Positions 9,466-19,454 of a stretch of 64,000 nucleotides of DNA are shown one piece after another. The position numbers and the translations under genes are program-made. Within the stretch, counting starts at the first letter, position 1. Each line of letters opens with the position of its first letter. The notes under the pieces are model-generated. The model worked only from the letters and a program-made list of their open reading frames with translations, did not search any database and was not told the origin of the DNA. Origin of the DNA: Longimicrobiales bacterium (GTDB taxonomy: Bacteria; Gemmatimonadota; Gemmatimonadetes; Longimicrobiales; Gaopeijiaceae); the NCBI GenBank assembly GCA_965198065.1, contig CBDAON010000004.1:32001-96000 (forward strand), read 5' to 3'.

Positions 9466-10754
9466 ACGGGTCGCCGACCCTCCCCGAATCCGTCCGGATC
9501 GACGGGATCACGTCCGAGGGGGCGGGTGCCGGACGCCTCGCCGACGGCCGGGTCGTGTTCGTCCACCGTTCCGCTCCGGGCGATCGGATTCGGCTGGCGC
9601 TCACGAAAGAGGCTGGGCGGTGGACTCGGGGCCGGCTCGTCGAGGTCGTGGCATCGGGACCCCACCGTCGAGCGGCCCCATGTCCTTACCATGATCGGTG
9701 CGGGGGGTGCACGCTCCAGCACGTCGAGTACTCGGCTCAGCTCGCGGTCAAGGGGAAGGTCGTGACGGACGCCCTCCGGAGGATCGGGGGGCTCGACGCC
9801 ATGCCGGAGCCCGAGCTCAGGGACTCCCCGTCCGAGTGGCGGTACAGGAACCGGGTGACCTTCACGCTCCGCCGGACGGGGGCGAGCGTGACGGCTGGCT
9901 TCCACGCCCTCGAGGACCCCGCTTCGGTCGTGGACGTGGACGAGCGATGCCTCCTGCCAGAGGGTCCGGTCGCCGAGGCGTGGGCCGCGCTCCGCCGGTC
10001 GTGGGGGCCGGAGGCCCGCCACCTGCCCTCGGGAGCGGAGCTTCACCTCACGCTCCGGGCCAACCATCGGGGAGACGTGCTCCTTCTCGTGCGGGGGGGC
10101 CGAGGGCGTGGAAATCCGGAGCTCCTACTCGAGCGCATCCCGCCCGTTCGGGCGATCTGGAAGGCGTTCGGTCGAAAGGGCGGACCTCCCCGTCTCCTGG
10201 CGGGGGCGGAGAGACTCGAGGAGGAGTGGTACGGTGAGCCCCTCGATCTCGTACCAGGGGCCTTCCTGCAGGGGAATCGCGAGGCCGCGAAGCGACTCCA
10301 CGACGCGGTCCTGGGCGAGCTCGGGGAAGTCCGCGGCAAGCGGCTCGTGGATGCGTACTGCGGGTTCGGGCTCTACGGACTCGTCTCCGCAAGGCGAGGC
10401 GCGAGCGCCGTGGGCATCGAATCGGACCCGGCCGGGCTCCAGATGGCCGGCGGCCTCGGGGCCGAGGGGTTCCGCATCCTGGCCGGCACCGTCCAGGAGC
10501 GCTTACCGGACGCGCTTCCCGCCGATCTCGTGGTCGTGAATCCGCCCCGCCGTGGGATTGCGTCAGGCGTCGCGGAGATGCTCGTGACCGGGGTCACGGA
10601 GCGGATCGTGTACGTGAGCTGCGACCCCGCCACTCTGGCCCGGGACGTCCGCCGTCTCCGGGGCGGCTTCGAAATCCGGCGTCTCCAGGTGTTCGACCTG
10701 TTCCCTCAGACGGTGCACGTCGAAGTCGTCCTGACCCTCGACCGCAGCCGGTGA
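9462..10754 (+). CDS. TRAM-domain RNA (uracil-5)-methyltransferase, RlmD/TrmA family; start uncertain (probable CTG)
   Basis: CPYHDRCGGC Fe-S motif, YRNR, FLQGN, DAYCGFG, NPPRRG, YVSCDPATLARD, DLFPQT. Confidence 0.88.
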   Translation: MNGSPTLPESVRIDGITSEGAGAGRLADGRVVFVHRSAPGDRIRLALTKEAGRWTRGRLVEVVASGPHRRAAPCPYHDRCGGCTLQHVEYSAQLAVKGKVVTDALRRIGGLDAMPEPELRDSPSEWRYRNRVTFTLRRTGASVTAGFHALEDPASVVDVDERCLLPEGPVAEAWAALRRSWGPEARHLPSGAELHLTLRANHRGDVLLLVRGGRGRGNPELLLERIPPVRAIWKAFGRKGGPPRLLAGAERLEEEWYGEPLDLVPGAFLQGNREAAKRLHDAVLGELGEVRGKRLVDAYCGFGLYGLVSARRGASAVGIESDPAGLQMAGGLGAEGFRILAGTVQERLPDALPADLVVVNPPRRGIASGVAEMLVTGVTERIVYVSCDPATLARDVRRLRGGFEIRRLQVFDLFPQTVHVEVVLTLDRSR

Positions 10755-10811
10755 CCCGTTAGGTTTCAGCCACGGCCTGACGCAAACGTCGCCGCGAGCA
10801 CGGCAAACCGC

Positions 10812-11162
10812 ATGCCCACGTACGAGTACCGCTGCACCGCCGGTCACGACTTCGATCTCGTCCAGAAGATGTCGGCCGAGCCGCGCGCCAGCTGTCCCGA
10901 ATGCGGCAGTGAGGCACGGCGCCTCCTCTCGGCCGGGGCCGGCCTCCTCTTCAAGGGAGAGGGATTCTACATCACCGACTACCGATCCGATGCCTACCGG
11001 GAGGCTCAGAAGGCTGAGACGAAGGGCGGGGAAGGAGCAAAGCCGGAGGCGAGCAAGGGGAAGGACGCCGGATCCGACGGAGCGAAGCCCTCGAAGCCGA
11101 AGGCCGGCAGCGGAGCCTCCTCGAAGCCGGGGAAGCCGCCCGCTTCGGGCTCATCCCCCTGA
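10812..11162 (+). CDS. FmdB family zinc-ribbon protein
   Basis: MPTYEYRC..GH, CPECG, FKGEGFYITDYR and a low-complexity tail. Confidence 0.9.
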   Translation: MPTYEYRCTAGHDFDLVQKMSAEPRASCPECGSEARRLLSAGAGLLFKGEGFYITDYRSDAYREAQKAETKGGEGAKPEASKGKDAGSDGAKPSKPKAGSGASSKPGKPPASGSSP

Positions 11163-11169
11163 GCGCGGG

Positions 11170-12882
11170 ATGACGCTGGAGCGCGTGCGCGGGCTCGTCG
11201 AAGCAGCCCTCTGCGAGCTCGGGGTCGAGAACGTCGAGGTGCGCCTCGAGCGTCCTCGCGACCCGACGCATGGAGATCTTGCGACCAACGTGGCGCTCTC
11301 CCTCGCGTCCAGGCTCGGTAAGCCTCCTCGTGTCATCGCGCAGACGATCGCCGAACGGATCCCCACCGGGTCGGGGGGCGTCGAGTCCGTCGAGGTCGCG
11401 GGACCAGGGTTCCTGAACTTCCGGATCTCGTCCGCCGCGGTCGGCAGCATCCTGGAGCAGATCCTGGCCGCAGACGAGCGCTGGGGCCGCCTCGAAGTCG
11501 GGCACGGCGAGCGGGTGAACGTGGAGTTCGTGTCCGCGAACCCAACCGGCCTCCTCCACATCGGGCACGGCAGGCAGGCCGCGCTCGGCGACGCCATCGC
11601 CTCGCTCCTGGAGTGGACGGGGTGGTCCGCGTACCGCGAGTTCTACTACAACGACGCGGGCCGCCAGATCGAGCGACTCTCGGAGAGCCTACTGGCGCGC
11701 TATCGCCAGCAGCTTGGGCAGGACGCGGACTTTCCCGAGGACGGCTATCACGGCGACATCGTCGTCGAGCTCGCGAAGGAGCTGATCGAGAAGGAGGGCG
11801 ACCGCTGGCTCAGTGCGGACGAGACGGAGGCACTCGAGCGGATGCGCCGCTACGGGATCTCCCGTCTCCGGGAGGAGCAGGACAGGGACCTCGCGGCCTT
11901 CGGGGTGCGCTTCGATCACTATTTCCTCGAGTCGTCCCTCTACGAGGACGGGCTGGTCGTGGCCACTGTCGAGCGGCTCCGCAAGACCGGCCTTGTCTTC
12001 GATCTCGACGGGGCGGTGTGGCTCCGCACGACCCGATTCGGGGACCAGAAGGACCGCGTGATGGTAAAGTCGGACGGGTCAGCCACGTACTTCCTTCCCG
12101 ACGTTGCCTACCACGTGACAAAGTGGGAGCGCGGCTTCCACCACGCCGTGAACATTCAGGGGGCCGACCATCACGGCACGGTGGCCCGCGTGAGGGCGGG
12201 GCTCCAGGCGCTCGAGCTTCCCGAAGGATACCCGGAGTACGTCCTGCACCAGATGGTCACGGTCGAAGAGGGGGGCCGGGAGGTCAAGTTCTCCAAGCGT
12301 GCCGGCGATTACGTGACCCTCCGGGAGCTCGTGCGGGAGGTCGGCGCGGACGTGACGCGCTACTTCTTCCTCATGCGAAAGCCCGACGGGCACTTGGTCT
12401 TCGATCTGGAGCAGGCCTTGGACCAATCAGACCGGAATCCTGTCTACAAGGTCAAGTACGCCCACGCCCGCATGTGCTCCATCTTCCGGAAGGTGGGGGT
12501 GGACCAGGCCGACGTGGGCCCGGGGTGGGGCGATCCCGCGCTCCTCGTCGAGGAAGGGGAGCGTGAGCTGATCCGCCAGCTCGGGGAGTTTGGGGAGCTT
12601 GTCCGGAAGGCGGCCGAGCTCAGGGCCCCACACCTGGTTTGCGAGTACCTCGACCGGACGGCAGGCGCCGTGAATTCGTGGTATCATGCCGGGAACCCGA
12701 CGAGAGACCCGAGGCTCGCCGTCCTCGTGGATGATCTGGAACTTCGGCGAGCGCGGCTGATGCTCACCCGCGGGGCTCGGGTCGTTCTCCGAAACGGGCT
12801 CCGCCTCCTGGGGCTGGACGCGCCCGAGGCGATGCGGCGGGAGGAGGAGGGAGGGTCTATCCAAGAGCAGGGAAGGGGGTAG
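11170..12882 (+). CDS. argS: Arginine--tRNA ligase
   Basis: EFVSANPTGLLHIGH (HIGH), GADHHG, FSKRAG, YAHARMCSI. Confidence 0.97.
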   Translation: MTLERVRGLVEAALCELGVENVEVRLERPRDPTHGDLATNVALSLASRLGKPPRVIAQTIAERIPTGSGGVESVEVAGPGFLNFRISSAAVGSILEQILAADERWGRLEVGHGERVNVEFVSANPTGLLHIGHGRQAALGDAIASLLEWTGWSAYREFYYNDAGRQIERLSESLLARYRQQLGQDADFPEDGYHGDIVVELAKELIEKEGDRWLSADETEALERMRRYGISRLREEQDRDLAAFGVRFDHYFLESSLYEDGLVVATVERLRKTGLVFDLDGAVWLRTTRFGDQKDRVMVKSDGSATYFLPDVAYHVTKWERGFHHAVNIQGADHHGTVARVRAGLQALELPEGYPEYVLHQMVTVEEGGREVKFSKRAGDYVTLRELVREVGADVTRYFFLMRKPDGHLVFDLEQALDQSDRNPVYKVKYAHARMCSIFRKVGVDQADVGPGWGDPALLVEEGERELIRQLGEFGELVRKAAELRAPHLVCEYLDRTAGAVNSWYHAGNPTRDPRLAVLVDDLELRRARLMLTRGARVVLRNGLRLLGLDAPEAMRREEEGGSIQEQGRG

Positions 12883-12883
12883 C

Positions 12884-13813
12884 ATGTCCATCCTCGTCGT
12901 CGGAAGCGTGGCGCTCGACACGCTCGAGACGCCCTTCGGCCGCGAGACGGACATCGTGGGGGGATCCGCCGTCCACTTTTCGGCTTCGGCCTCGCTATTC
13001 GCTCCGGTTCAGCTCGTCGCGGTCGTGGGAGAGGACTATCCCCGATCTCGCCTCGACTTCCTGTCCGAGCGGAGTGTGGACCTCGCGGGGCTCGAGACCC
13101 GCTCAGGAGAGAGCTTTCGCTGGTCCGGGCGGTACGGCGACGACCTCTCGACCGCGCACACCCTCGAGACGCGGCTCGGGGTCTTCGCCAACTTCCACCC
13201 GCGAATCCCCGACACCTTCAAGTCTCCCGGCATCGTCTTCCTCGGGAACATCGATCCGGTCCTCCAGCTCGAGGTGCTGGACTCCGTCGGGGAGCCCGAG
13301 ATCGCCGCGTGCGACACAATGAACTTCTGGATCGAAGGCAAGCGACTGGAGCTGGTCCGGGTTCTCGAGCGGGTGGACGTCCTCTTCGTGAACGACGCCG
13401 AGATCCGGCAGCTGGCGGAGGAGCCGAACCTGTTGAGGGCCGCACGGTGGGTGCAGGAGCGGGGACCGGGGAGAGTGGTGGTCAAGAAGGGGGAGCACGG
13501 TGCGGTGCTCTTCGACGGGGACGAGATCTTCTTCGTTCCCAGCTATCCGCTGGAGCAGACGAGGGATCCTACGGGAGCGGGCGACAGCTTCGCGGGGGGG
13601 GTGCTCGGGTTCCTTCACTACGTCGGCGACGCCTCGCGCGCCTCGCTACGGCGGGCCGCCGTCTACGGGTCGGCCGTGGCCTCGTTCTGTGTCGAGGACT
13701 TCGGGGTCTCCCGGGTCGAGCGGCTGACGCCCGACGAGGTCGCCGACCGGGTCCGGGAGCTTCGCGACATGACCCACTTCGAGATCGTTCCGTCGCCGTC
13801 TGGGGTGTCGTGA
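12884..13813 (+). CDS. PfkB family carbohydrate/nucleoside kinase
   Basis: VVGSVALD, KKGEHGA, DPTGAGDSFAGG signature. Confidence 0.92.
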   Translation: MSILVVGSVALDTLETPFGRETDIVGGSAVHFSASASLFAPVQLVAVVGEDYPRSRLDFLSERSVDLAGLETRSGESFRWSGRYGDDLSTAHTLETRLGVFANFHPRIPDTFKSPGIVFLGNIDPVLQLEVLDSVGEPEIAACDTMNFWIEGKRLELVRVLERVDVLFVNDAEIRQLAEEPNLLRAARWVQERGPGRVVVKKGEHGAVLFDGDEIFFVPSYPLEQTRDPTGAGDSFAGGVLGFLHYVGDASRASLRRAAVYGSAVASFCVEDFGVSRVERLTPDEVADRVRELRDMTHFEIVPSPSGVS

Positions 13814-14844
13814 GCGGTCGGCGTGGGCTGGACTACCGGTCCGCGGGTGTGGATCTCGAGAAGGCCGACCGCGAGAAGGAGGGGTTCCGCGACCTACTCG
13901 AGTCCACCCGAGACGGGCGGACCCTGTCGGGGCTCGGGCTCTTCGGCGGGCTCTACCAGGTGCCTCCCGAGGTTGGCGATCCCGTGCTCGTCTCCTCCGC
14001 GGACGGGGTCGGATCGAAGCTCAAGGTGGCCTTCCTGTCCGGTGTCCACGATACGGTCGGTCGGGACATCGTGAATCACTGCGCGAACGACATCCTCGTC
14101 CAGGGCGCCGTCCCCCTGTTCTTTCTGGACTACCTCGCCGTCGGGGTGGTCGCGGAGGACGTCGTCCAGGCGGTCGTGCGAGGGGTCTCGGAGGGATGCC
14201 GGGAGAACTGCTGCGTCCTCCTCGGCGGCGAGACGGCGCAGATGCCCGACTTCTACGCGGCGGGCGAGTTCGATCTGGCGGGGTTCGTCGTCGGGATCGT
14301 CTCCCGCGATCGGATTCTCGACGGGAACGGGGTCCGCGCGGGGGACGTTCTCCTGGGCCTCCCTTCCTCCGGCCTCCATACGAACGGTTACACCCTCGCT
14401 CGAAAGATCCTCTTCGACGCCGGCGGGCTCCATGTGGACGACCCGTTTCCCGGGCTCGACGGCTCGGTGGGCGAGGTGCTCCTCCGGGTTCACCGGAGCT
14501 ATCTCCCGCTTCTCCGTGGAGAGCTGGAGCGTGGGTCGCTTCGGGCGCTGGCCCACGTTACGGGCGGGGGAATCCCGGGGAACCTCCCGCGCTCCCTTCC
14601 TGCCGGACTCGGGGCCGAGATTCGGCGGGACTCGTGGTCGGTGCCGCCGCTCTTCCGATCGCTCCAGGAGATGGGATCGGTGGAGGAAGAGGAGATGTTC
14701 CGCGTCTTCAACATGGGCGTGGGGATGGTGCTGGTCGTCTCTCCGGAAGACGCCGAATCGGTGTTCGGGCGACTCGAGACGTCGGGCGAGCGAGCTTGGG
14801 TCCTCGGGCACGTGGTGACGGAGCCCGGTGTCCGCTTCATCTGA
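13810..14844 (+). CDS. purM: Phosphoribosylformylglycinamidine cyclo-ligase (AIR synthetase)
   Basis: YRSAGVD, DGVGSK, GGETAQMP, SSGLHTNGY, HVTGGG, FNMGVG; GTGA overlap. Confidence 0.96.
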   Translation: MSGRRGLDYRSAGVDLEKADREKEGFRDLLESTRDGRTLSGLGLFGGLYQVPPEVGDPVLVSSADGVGSKLKVAFLSGVHDTVGRDIVNHCANDILVQGAVPLFFLDYLAVGVVAEDVVQAVVRGVSEGCRENCCVLLGGETAQMPDFYAAGEFDLAGFVVGIVSRDRILDGNGVRAGDVLLGLPSSGLHTNGYTLARKILFDAGGLHVDDPFPGLDGSVGEVLLRVHRSYLPLLRGELERGSLRALAHVTGGGIPGNLPRSLPAGLGAEIRRDSWSVPPLFRSLQEMGSVEEEEMFRVFNMGVGMVLVVSPEDAESVFGRLETSGERAWVLGHVVTEPGVRFI

Positions 14845-14875
14845 CCCTCCCGCGCCCACTACGGGGGCTCCCGCC

Positions 14876-15901
14876 ATGGGGCCCGTGCGCGGTCGGCCGC
14901 TCACCGTATGCGGCCGGCCCCTAGCGGTGCTCGGGCTCGCGCTCGTCCTGCCCGGCGCGGCCCATGCGCAGGGGGACGTCGAGGCGCTCTACGCCGCGTG
15001 CTCCGAAGACGCGAGTGACACGGTGGCCGGTCGTTGCGCGGATGCGGCACTGACGATGGAGGCGCTCATGGGGGGTGTCGGCCTGCTCATGAGCGCCGGC
15101 AGCGCGCTTCCCGTGAGCCCGAGTACGGCGGGCCGGCGCTTCGCGACCCAGCCTCGGGTGGTCGTGGATGCGGGGCTCGCGTGGTCCACCGTGCGGCATC
15201 CGGACTTGTCGTCGCCCCTCGATGTGGACGGGCCTCCCGACCGCCGGAGCTTCCTTTACGGGGCCAAGCTCAGCGTGGTCGTCGGCGTCTTCGAAGGGTT
15301 CTCTCCGGTCCCGGGGGTCGGGGGCTTGCTGTCTCTGGACGGGATCGGGGGCGCCCAGCTCCTCCAGGTGGACGGGCTGGACGGGGCCACCGAGTCCGTG
15401 GGGTCGTGGGGCGGTGGCGTTCGCCTAGGCTTGTTCCGGGAGTCGTTCTCGCTTCCCGGCGTAACCCTTTCGGCGACGTACCACCGTGCGGGTGAGATGG
15501 AGTACGGGAACACGGGGGCCAACGGCGGAACCATCGGAATGCGGCTGCGGGCGCGCTCTCTCCGGGCCGTCGTCGGGAAGGACCTTCTAGCCGTCGGGAT
15601 TTCGGCCGGAGCCGGATGGGACGAGTACACGGCGTCTGCCCGGATCACGGCCCGGGGGTCCCTCGAGCTTCCGTCGGCCCCGCCCGAGCTCGAGGAGCGG
15701 TCCGCCGGCCCGGTGGACTCCGTCGTGAGGAAGCGTTACGTGTTCGGGGGGGCCAACCTGACCTGGCTCGTGGCCCAGCTCGCCGGCGAGGTCGCGTGGG
15801 TCTGGGAGGGCTCCTCGGCTCCCTCGATCGAGGGGAGCGGCCCGTACAGTCCCGGAGAGATGGAGCTTCTCGGTGCCGTCACGGTCCGAATCACCTATTG
15901 A
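14876..15901 (+). CDS. Hypothetical exported protein, possible outer-membrane beta-barrel
   Basis: Signal peptide ending AHA-Q; alternating hydrophobic strands; C-terminal VTVRITY. Confidence 0.55.
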   Translation: MGPVRGRPLTVCGRPLAVLGLALVLPGAAHAQGDVEALYAACSEDASDTVAGRCADAALTMEALMGGVGLLMSAGSALPVSPSTAGRRFATQPRVVVDAGLAWSTVRHPDLSSPLDVDGPPDRRSFLYGAKLSVVVGVFEGFSPVPGVGGLLSLDGIGGAQLLQVDGLDGATESVGSWGGGVRLGLFRESFSLPGVTLSATYHRAGEMEYGNTGANGGTIGMRLRARSLRAVVGKDLLAVGISAGAGWDEYTASARITARGSLELPSAPPELEERSAGPVDSVVRKRYVFGGANLTWLVAQLAGEVAWVWEGSSAPSIEGSGPYSPGEMELLGAVTVRITY

Positions 15902-15923
15902 AGGGGCGGGTGCGCTTGCCTCG

Positions 15924-17141
15924 ATGGTCACGTTGAGCCCGGCTCCGGTCGGCCCGACCGGGGACCCCGAAGGAGCCGCTTCCGTGCGCCTTACGGACCG
16001 AGAGCGGCAGCTCCTCGCTCGGGCCGTCGAGCTGGGCAGGCGAGGGTGGGGACGGGTCCACCCCAATCCTCGCGTGGGATGTGTCGTCGTCCGGGGCGAC
16101 GAGCTCGTGGGGGAGGGATGGCACGCTGAGTTCGGCGGCCCCCACGCCGAGGTCCTGGCCCTGGCCGAGGCGGGCGAGCGGGCCGAAGGGGCGGAGGTCT
16201 TCGTGAGCCTCGAGCCCTGCTGCCACGAAGGGAAGACGCCCCCGTGTACGCGGGCGCTCCTCGGCGCCGGCGTCACGCGTGTCGTGTACGGCGCCCCGGA
16301 TCCCGGGGAGGTGTCCGGGGGTGGGGCGCAGGCCCTTACCTCCGCCGGGATCGAGACCGTCGGCCCGGCGCTTGACAAGAGAGAGGCACGCTGGGAGAAC
16401 CCCTTCTTCTACCACGGCCGGAGCGACCGACCCTGGGTCGGGCTCAAGCTGGCCATGTCCCTGGACGCGAGGATCTCGGGCCGGGAAGGGGTGCGAACAC
16501 CGCTCACGTCCGAGGAGGCCAATGAGGAGGTGCATCGGCTTCGGGCAGGGTTCGGCGCCATTCTGGTCGGCACGCGGACGGCGCTGATCGACGACCCCCT
16601 CCTCACCGTGCGGGGCCCGGTCGTGCCCCGGGTACTGCCCCGAAGGATTTTCCTGGATGCCAAGGGAAGCATCGATCCCCGTGCCCGGGCCTTTTCGGCA
16701 CCCGGGGGGGAGGTCTGGGTCGTGACGACCGACGCGTCGTCACAGGTGTGGAGGGACGGGATCCGGGAACGCGGCGGCCATGTGCTGGTCGCTCCTCTCG
16801 AGGGGGACTCCCGGGTGAGTTTGGGCGCGGTTCTCGCCGGCCTCGCGGAGGAGGGGGTGGACTCCGTCCTGTGCGAGGGAGGGGGACGCTTGGGCACGGC
16901 GCTCCTGGCCGGTGGGCACGTGGACCGCCTGTATCTGCTCGTGACTCCCAGGATCCTTGGAGCTGAGGGCGTTCCGGCGTTCCCAGGACGCTTCCCGGAT
17001 GCCGCCGACGAGGCGTGGCGGTGGCGTCCGGGGGAGGCCCCTCGCCTGCTGGGTTCCGACGTGTGGATCGCGCTCGAACCCGAGCCAGCGTCCGAGTTCC
17101 CCGAGCCCGAGGCTGATATCAAGCCCTCGGGGGCCCTCTAG
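15924..17141 (+). CDS. ribD: Bifunctional riboflavin biosynthesis deaminase/reductase; start uncertain
   Basis: PNPRVGC, HAE, LEPCCHEGKTPPC, KLAMSLD, EGGG. Confidence 0.95.
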   Translation: MVTLSPAPVGPTGDPEGAASVRLTDRERQLLARAVELGRRGWGRVHPNPRVGCVVVRGDELVGEGWHAEFGGPHAEVLALAEAGERAEGAEVFVSLEPCCHEGKTPPCTRALLGAGVTRVVYGAPDPGEVSGGGAQALTSAGIETVGPALDKREARWENPFFYHGRSDRPWVGLKLAMSLDARISGREGVRTPLTSEEANEEVHRLRAGFGAILVGTRTALIDDPLLTVRGPVVPRVLPRRIFLDAKGSIDPRARAFSAPGGEVWVVTTDASSQVWRDGIRERGGHVLVAPLEGDSRVSLGAVLAGLAEEGVDSVLCEGGGRLGTALLAGGHVDRLYLLVTPRILGAEGVPAFPGRFPDAADEAWRWRPGEAPRLLGSDVWIALEPEPASEFPEPEADIKPSGAL

Positions 17142-17777
17142 ATGTTCAGCGGCATCGTCGAGGCCGTGGGCGAGGTGGTGCGATCCGAGGACGAGGACGG
17201 GTCGCGGCGCTTCCGAATCCGGGTCGCGGGGGACTTCCTTTCGGAGCTTGGGCCCGGCTCGTCGGTTTCGGTGGACGGGGCCTGTCTCACGCTCACCGAG
17301 GTGGCCGACCGGGAGTTCGTCGCCCAGGCGATCGGAACGACCCTCTCCCGTACGGTGGCGGCCCACTATCGGGAAGGGACGTACGTCAATCTCGAGAGGG
17401 CCCTCCGGATGGGCGGGAGAGTGGACGGGCATCTCGTTCAGGGTCATGTGGATGGAGTCGGTCATCTAATGCAGATTACGAATGACGGGAGCTTCCACTT
17501 GCTCGAGGTGGCCATCCCGTCGGAAGTTCACCGACTGACCGTGGACCATGGCTCGATCTGCCTGAATGGCGTCAGCCTCACAGTGAACCGGCTCCTCCCC
17601 GACCACCGGATCGAGGTCGGGATCGTCCCGCACACGTGGAGCCACACGAACCTGGGGAAGCTGACGGTGGGGGACCCGGTGAACGTGGAGGGGGACCTGA
17701 TCGGCAAGTACGTGGGTACGCTGGTCCGCTCTGGATCGGAAACGGGGGATGACGCCGGAGGAACGCATGGCGCCTGA
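17142..17777 (+). CDS. ribE: Riboflavin synthase
   Basis: MFSGIVE, GACLT, NLERAL, GHLVQGHVDG, NGVSLT. Confidence 0.95.
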   Translation: MFSGIVEAVGEVVRSEDEDGSRRFRIRVAGDFLSELGPGSSVSVDGACLTLTEVADREFVAQAIGTTLSRTVAAHYREGTYVNLERALRMGGRVDGHLVQGHVDGVGHLMQITNDGSFHLLEVAIPSEVHRLTVDHGSICLNGVSLTVNRLLPDHRIEVGIVPHTWSHTNLGKLTVGDPVNVEGDLIGKYVGTLVRSGSETGDDAGGTHGA

Positions 17778-18987
17778 AGGCGTGGAAGCACCGTTCGACC
17801 GCGTCGAGGATGCCATCGAGGACATCCGGAGCGGTGGGATGGTCATCGTGGCGGATGACGAAGACCGCGAGAACGAGGGGGACCTCGTCTGTGCGGCGGC
17901 CATGGTGACCGCCGACAATGTGAACTTCATGACGAAGTTCGGGAGGGGGCTCATTTGCGTCGCCCTCACCCGCGAGCGTGCCGACCAACTTGATCTGCCG
18001 CTCATGATCGAGCGAGGGACCGACCCGCACAACACGGCCTTCACCGTATCCGTCGATGCCCACCAGCGCTTCGGGGTGAGCACCGGCATCAGCTCGCAGG
18101 ATCGGGCCACCACCGTTCACGTCCTCGCAGACGATAAGTCGGGCCCCGGGGACCTCCGCCGACCCGGGCACATCTTTCCCCTCAGGGCGCAGCCGGGCGG
18201 GGTGCTCCGCCGGGTCGGGCAGACTGAAGCCTCGGTGGATCTCGCACGGCTCGCGGGTCTCCCTCCGGTCGGGGTGATTTGCGAGATCCTGAATGAGGAC
18301 GGGTCGATGGCCCGGCGCCCGCATCTGGAGGAGTTCGCTCGGGAGCATCGCCTCCGCTTCATTACGGTGGCCCAGCTCGTGGCGTACCGGCTCACGCGGG
18401 AGCGGCTCGTACGCCGGATCGCGAGCGTGAGCCTTCCCACGCACCGCGGGGACTTCCGTCTCATCGGGTACGAGAGCGTAATCGACGACCGCGAGCACGT
18501 CGCTCTGCTCAAGGGGGAGGTGGACGGGAAGGACGACGTCCTTGTCCGGATGCACTCAGAGTGCCTCACCGGCGACGTCTTCGGATCGCTCCGGTGTGAC
18601 TGCGGGGAGCAGCTCGATGCCGCGATGGAGCGGATCCAGGCGGAAGGCCTGGGGGCGATCGTCTACCTGCGCCAGGAAGGGCGAGGCATGGGACTCGGCA
18701 ACAAGCTCCGGGCCTACGAGCTCCAGGACGAGGGCCAGGACACCGTGGAAGCGAACCTCACCCTGGGGTTCAGACCGGATCTCAGGGATTACGGAATCGG
18801 GGCGCAGATCTTGATCGACGTGGGGCTCCGGAAGATCCGCCTCCTCACGAACAACCCGAAGAAGATCGTGGGGCTGGAGGGGTACGGGCTCGAGATCACC
18901 GGACGAGAGCCGATCCGCGTCGAGCCAGGCCGTCACAACGAGCAGTATCTCGAGACGAAGCGCAGAAAGCTGGGGCACCTCCCCTGA
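17767..18987 (+). CDS. ribBA: Bifunctional DHBP synthase / GTP cyclohydrolase II
   Basis: DDEDRENEGD, RPGHIFPL, RMHSECLTGD, RCDCG, QEGRG, LTNNP. Confidence 0.97.
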   Translation: MAPEGVEAPFDRVEDAIEDIRSGGMVIVADDEDRENEGDLVCAAAMVTADNVNFMTKFGRGLICVALTRERADQLDLPLMIERGTDPHNTAFTVSVDAHQRFGVSTGISSQDRATTVHVLADDKSGPGDLRRPGHIFPLRAQPGGVLRRVGQTEASVDLARLAGLPPVGVICEILNEDGSMARRPHLEEFAREHRLRFITVAQLVAYRLTRERLVRRIASVSLPTHRGDFRLIGYESVIDDREHVALLKGEVDGKDDVLVRMHSECLTGDVFGSLRCDCGEQLDAAMERIQAEGLGAIVYLRQEGRGMGLGNKLRAYELQDEGQDTVEANLTLGFRPDLRDYGIGAQILIDVGLRKIRLLTNNPKKIVGLEGYGLEITGREPIRVEPGRHNEQYLETKRRKLGHLP

Positions 18988-19454
18988 GGGAGATCACCGG
19001 CACCCGGGACGGAGAGGGACGGCGCTTCGCGGTCGTGGCGTCGCGCTTCAATTCAGTGGTGACGGACGAGCTGGTGGGCGGTGCGCTCGACGCGCTTCGC
19101 GAGCACGGTGTAGCCGACGCCGATGTCCAGGTGATTCGCGTTCCCGGAGCCTGGGAGCTTCCCGCTGCGTGCCAGCGCGTGGTCGAGCGCGGCGGATCGG
19201 ACGCAGTCGTCGCGCTCGGGTGCGTGATCCGGGGGGAGACGCCCCACTTCGAGTACGTGGCGGGAGAGGCCTCCAGAGGGCTCGGAGCCGTGGCCCGCTC
19301 CGCATCGGTCCCCGTGGTGTTTGGGGTGCTCACGACCGACACGCTGGAGCAGGCCATGCGGCGAGCAGGGAGCCGGGACGAGAACAAGGGATGGGAGGTG
19401 GCTCTCGCTGCCCTCGAAATGGCGGGTCTCTACCGCGAGTTGGACGGGAGGTGA
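18984..19454 (+). CDS. ribH: 6,7-dimethyl-8-ribityllumazine synthase (probable CTG start)
   Basis: SRFN, VPGAWELP, GCVIRGETPHFEYV, FGVLT; in-frame extension LREITGTRDGEGRRFAVV back to CTG 18984. Confidence 0.95.
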   Translation: MREITGTRDGEGRRFAVVASRFNSVVTDELVGGALDALREHGVADADVQVIRVPGAWELPAACQRVVERGGSDAVVALGCVIRGETPHFEYVAGEASRGLGAVARSASVPVVFGVLTTDTLEQAMRRAGSRDENKGWEVALAALEMAGLYRELDGR

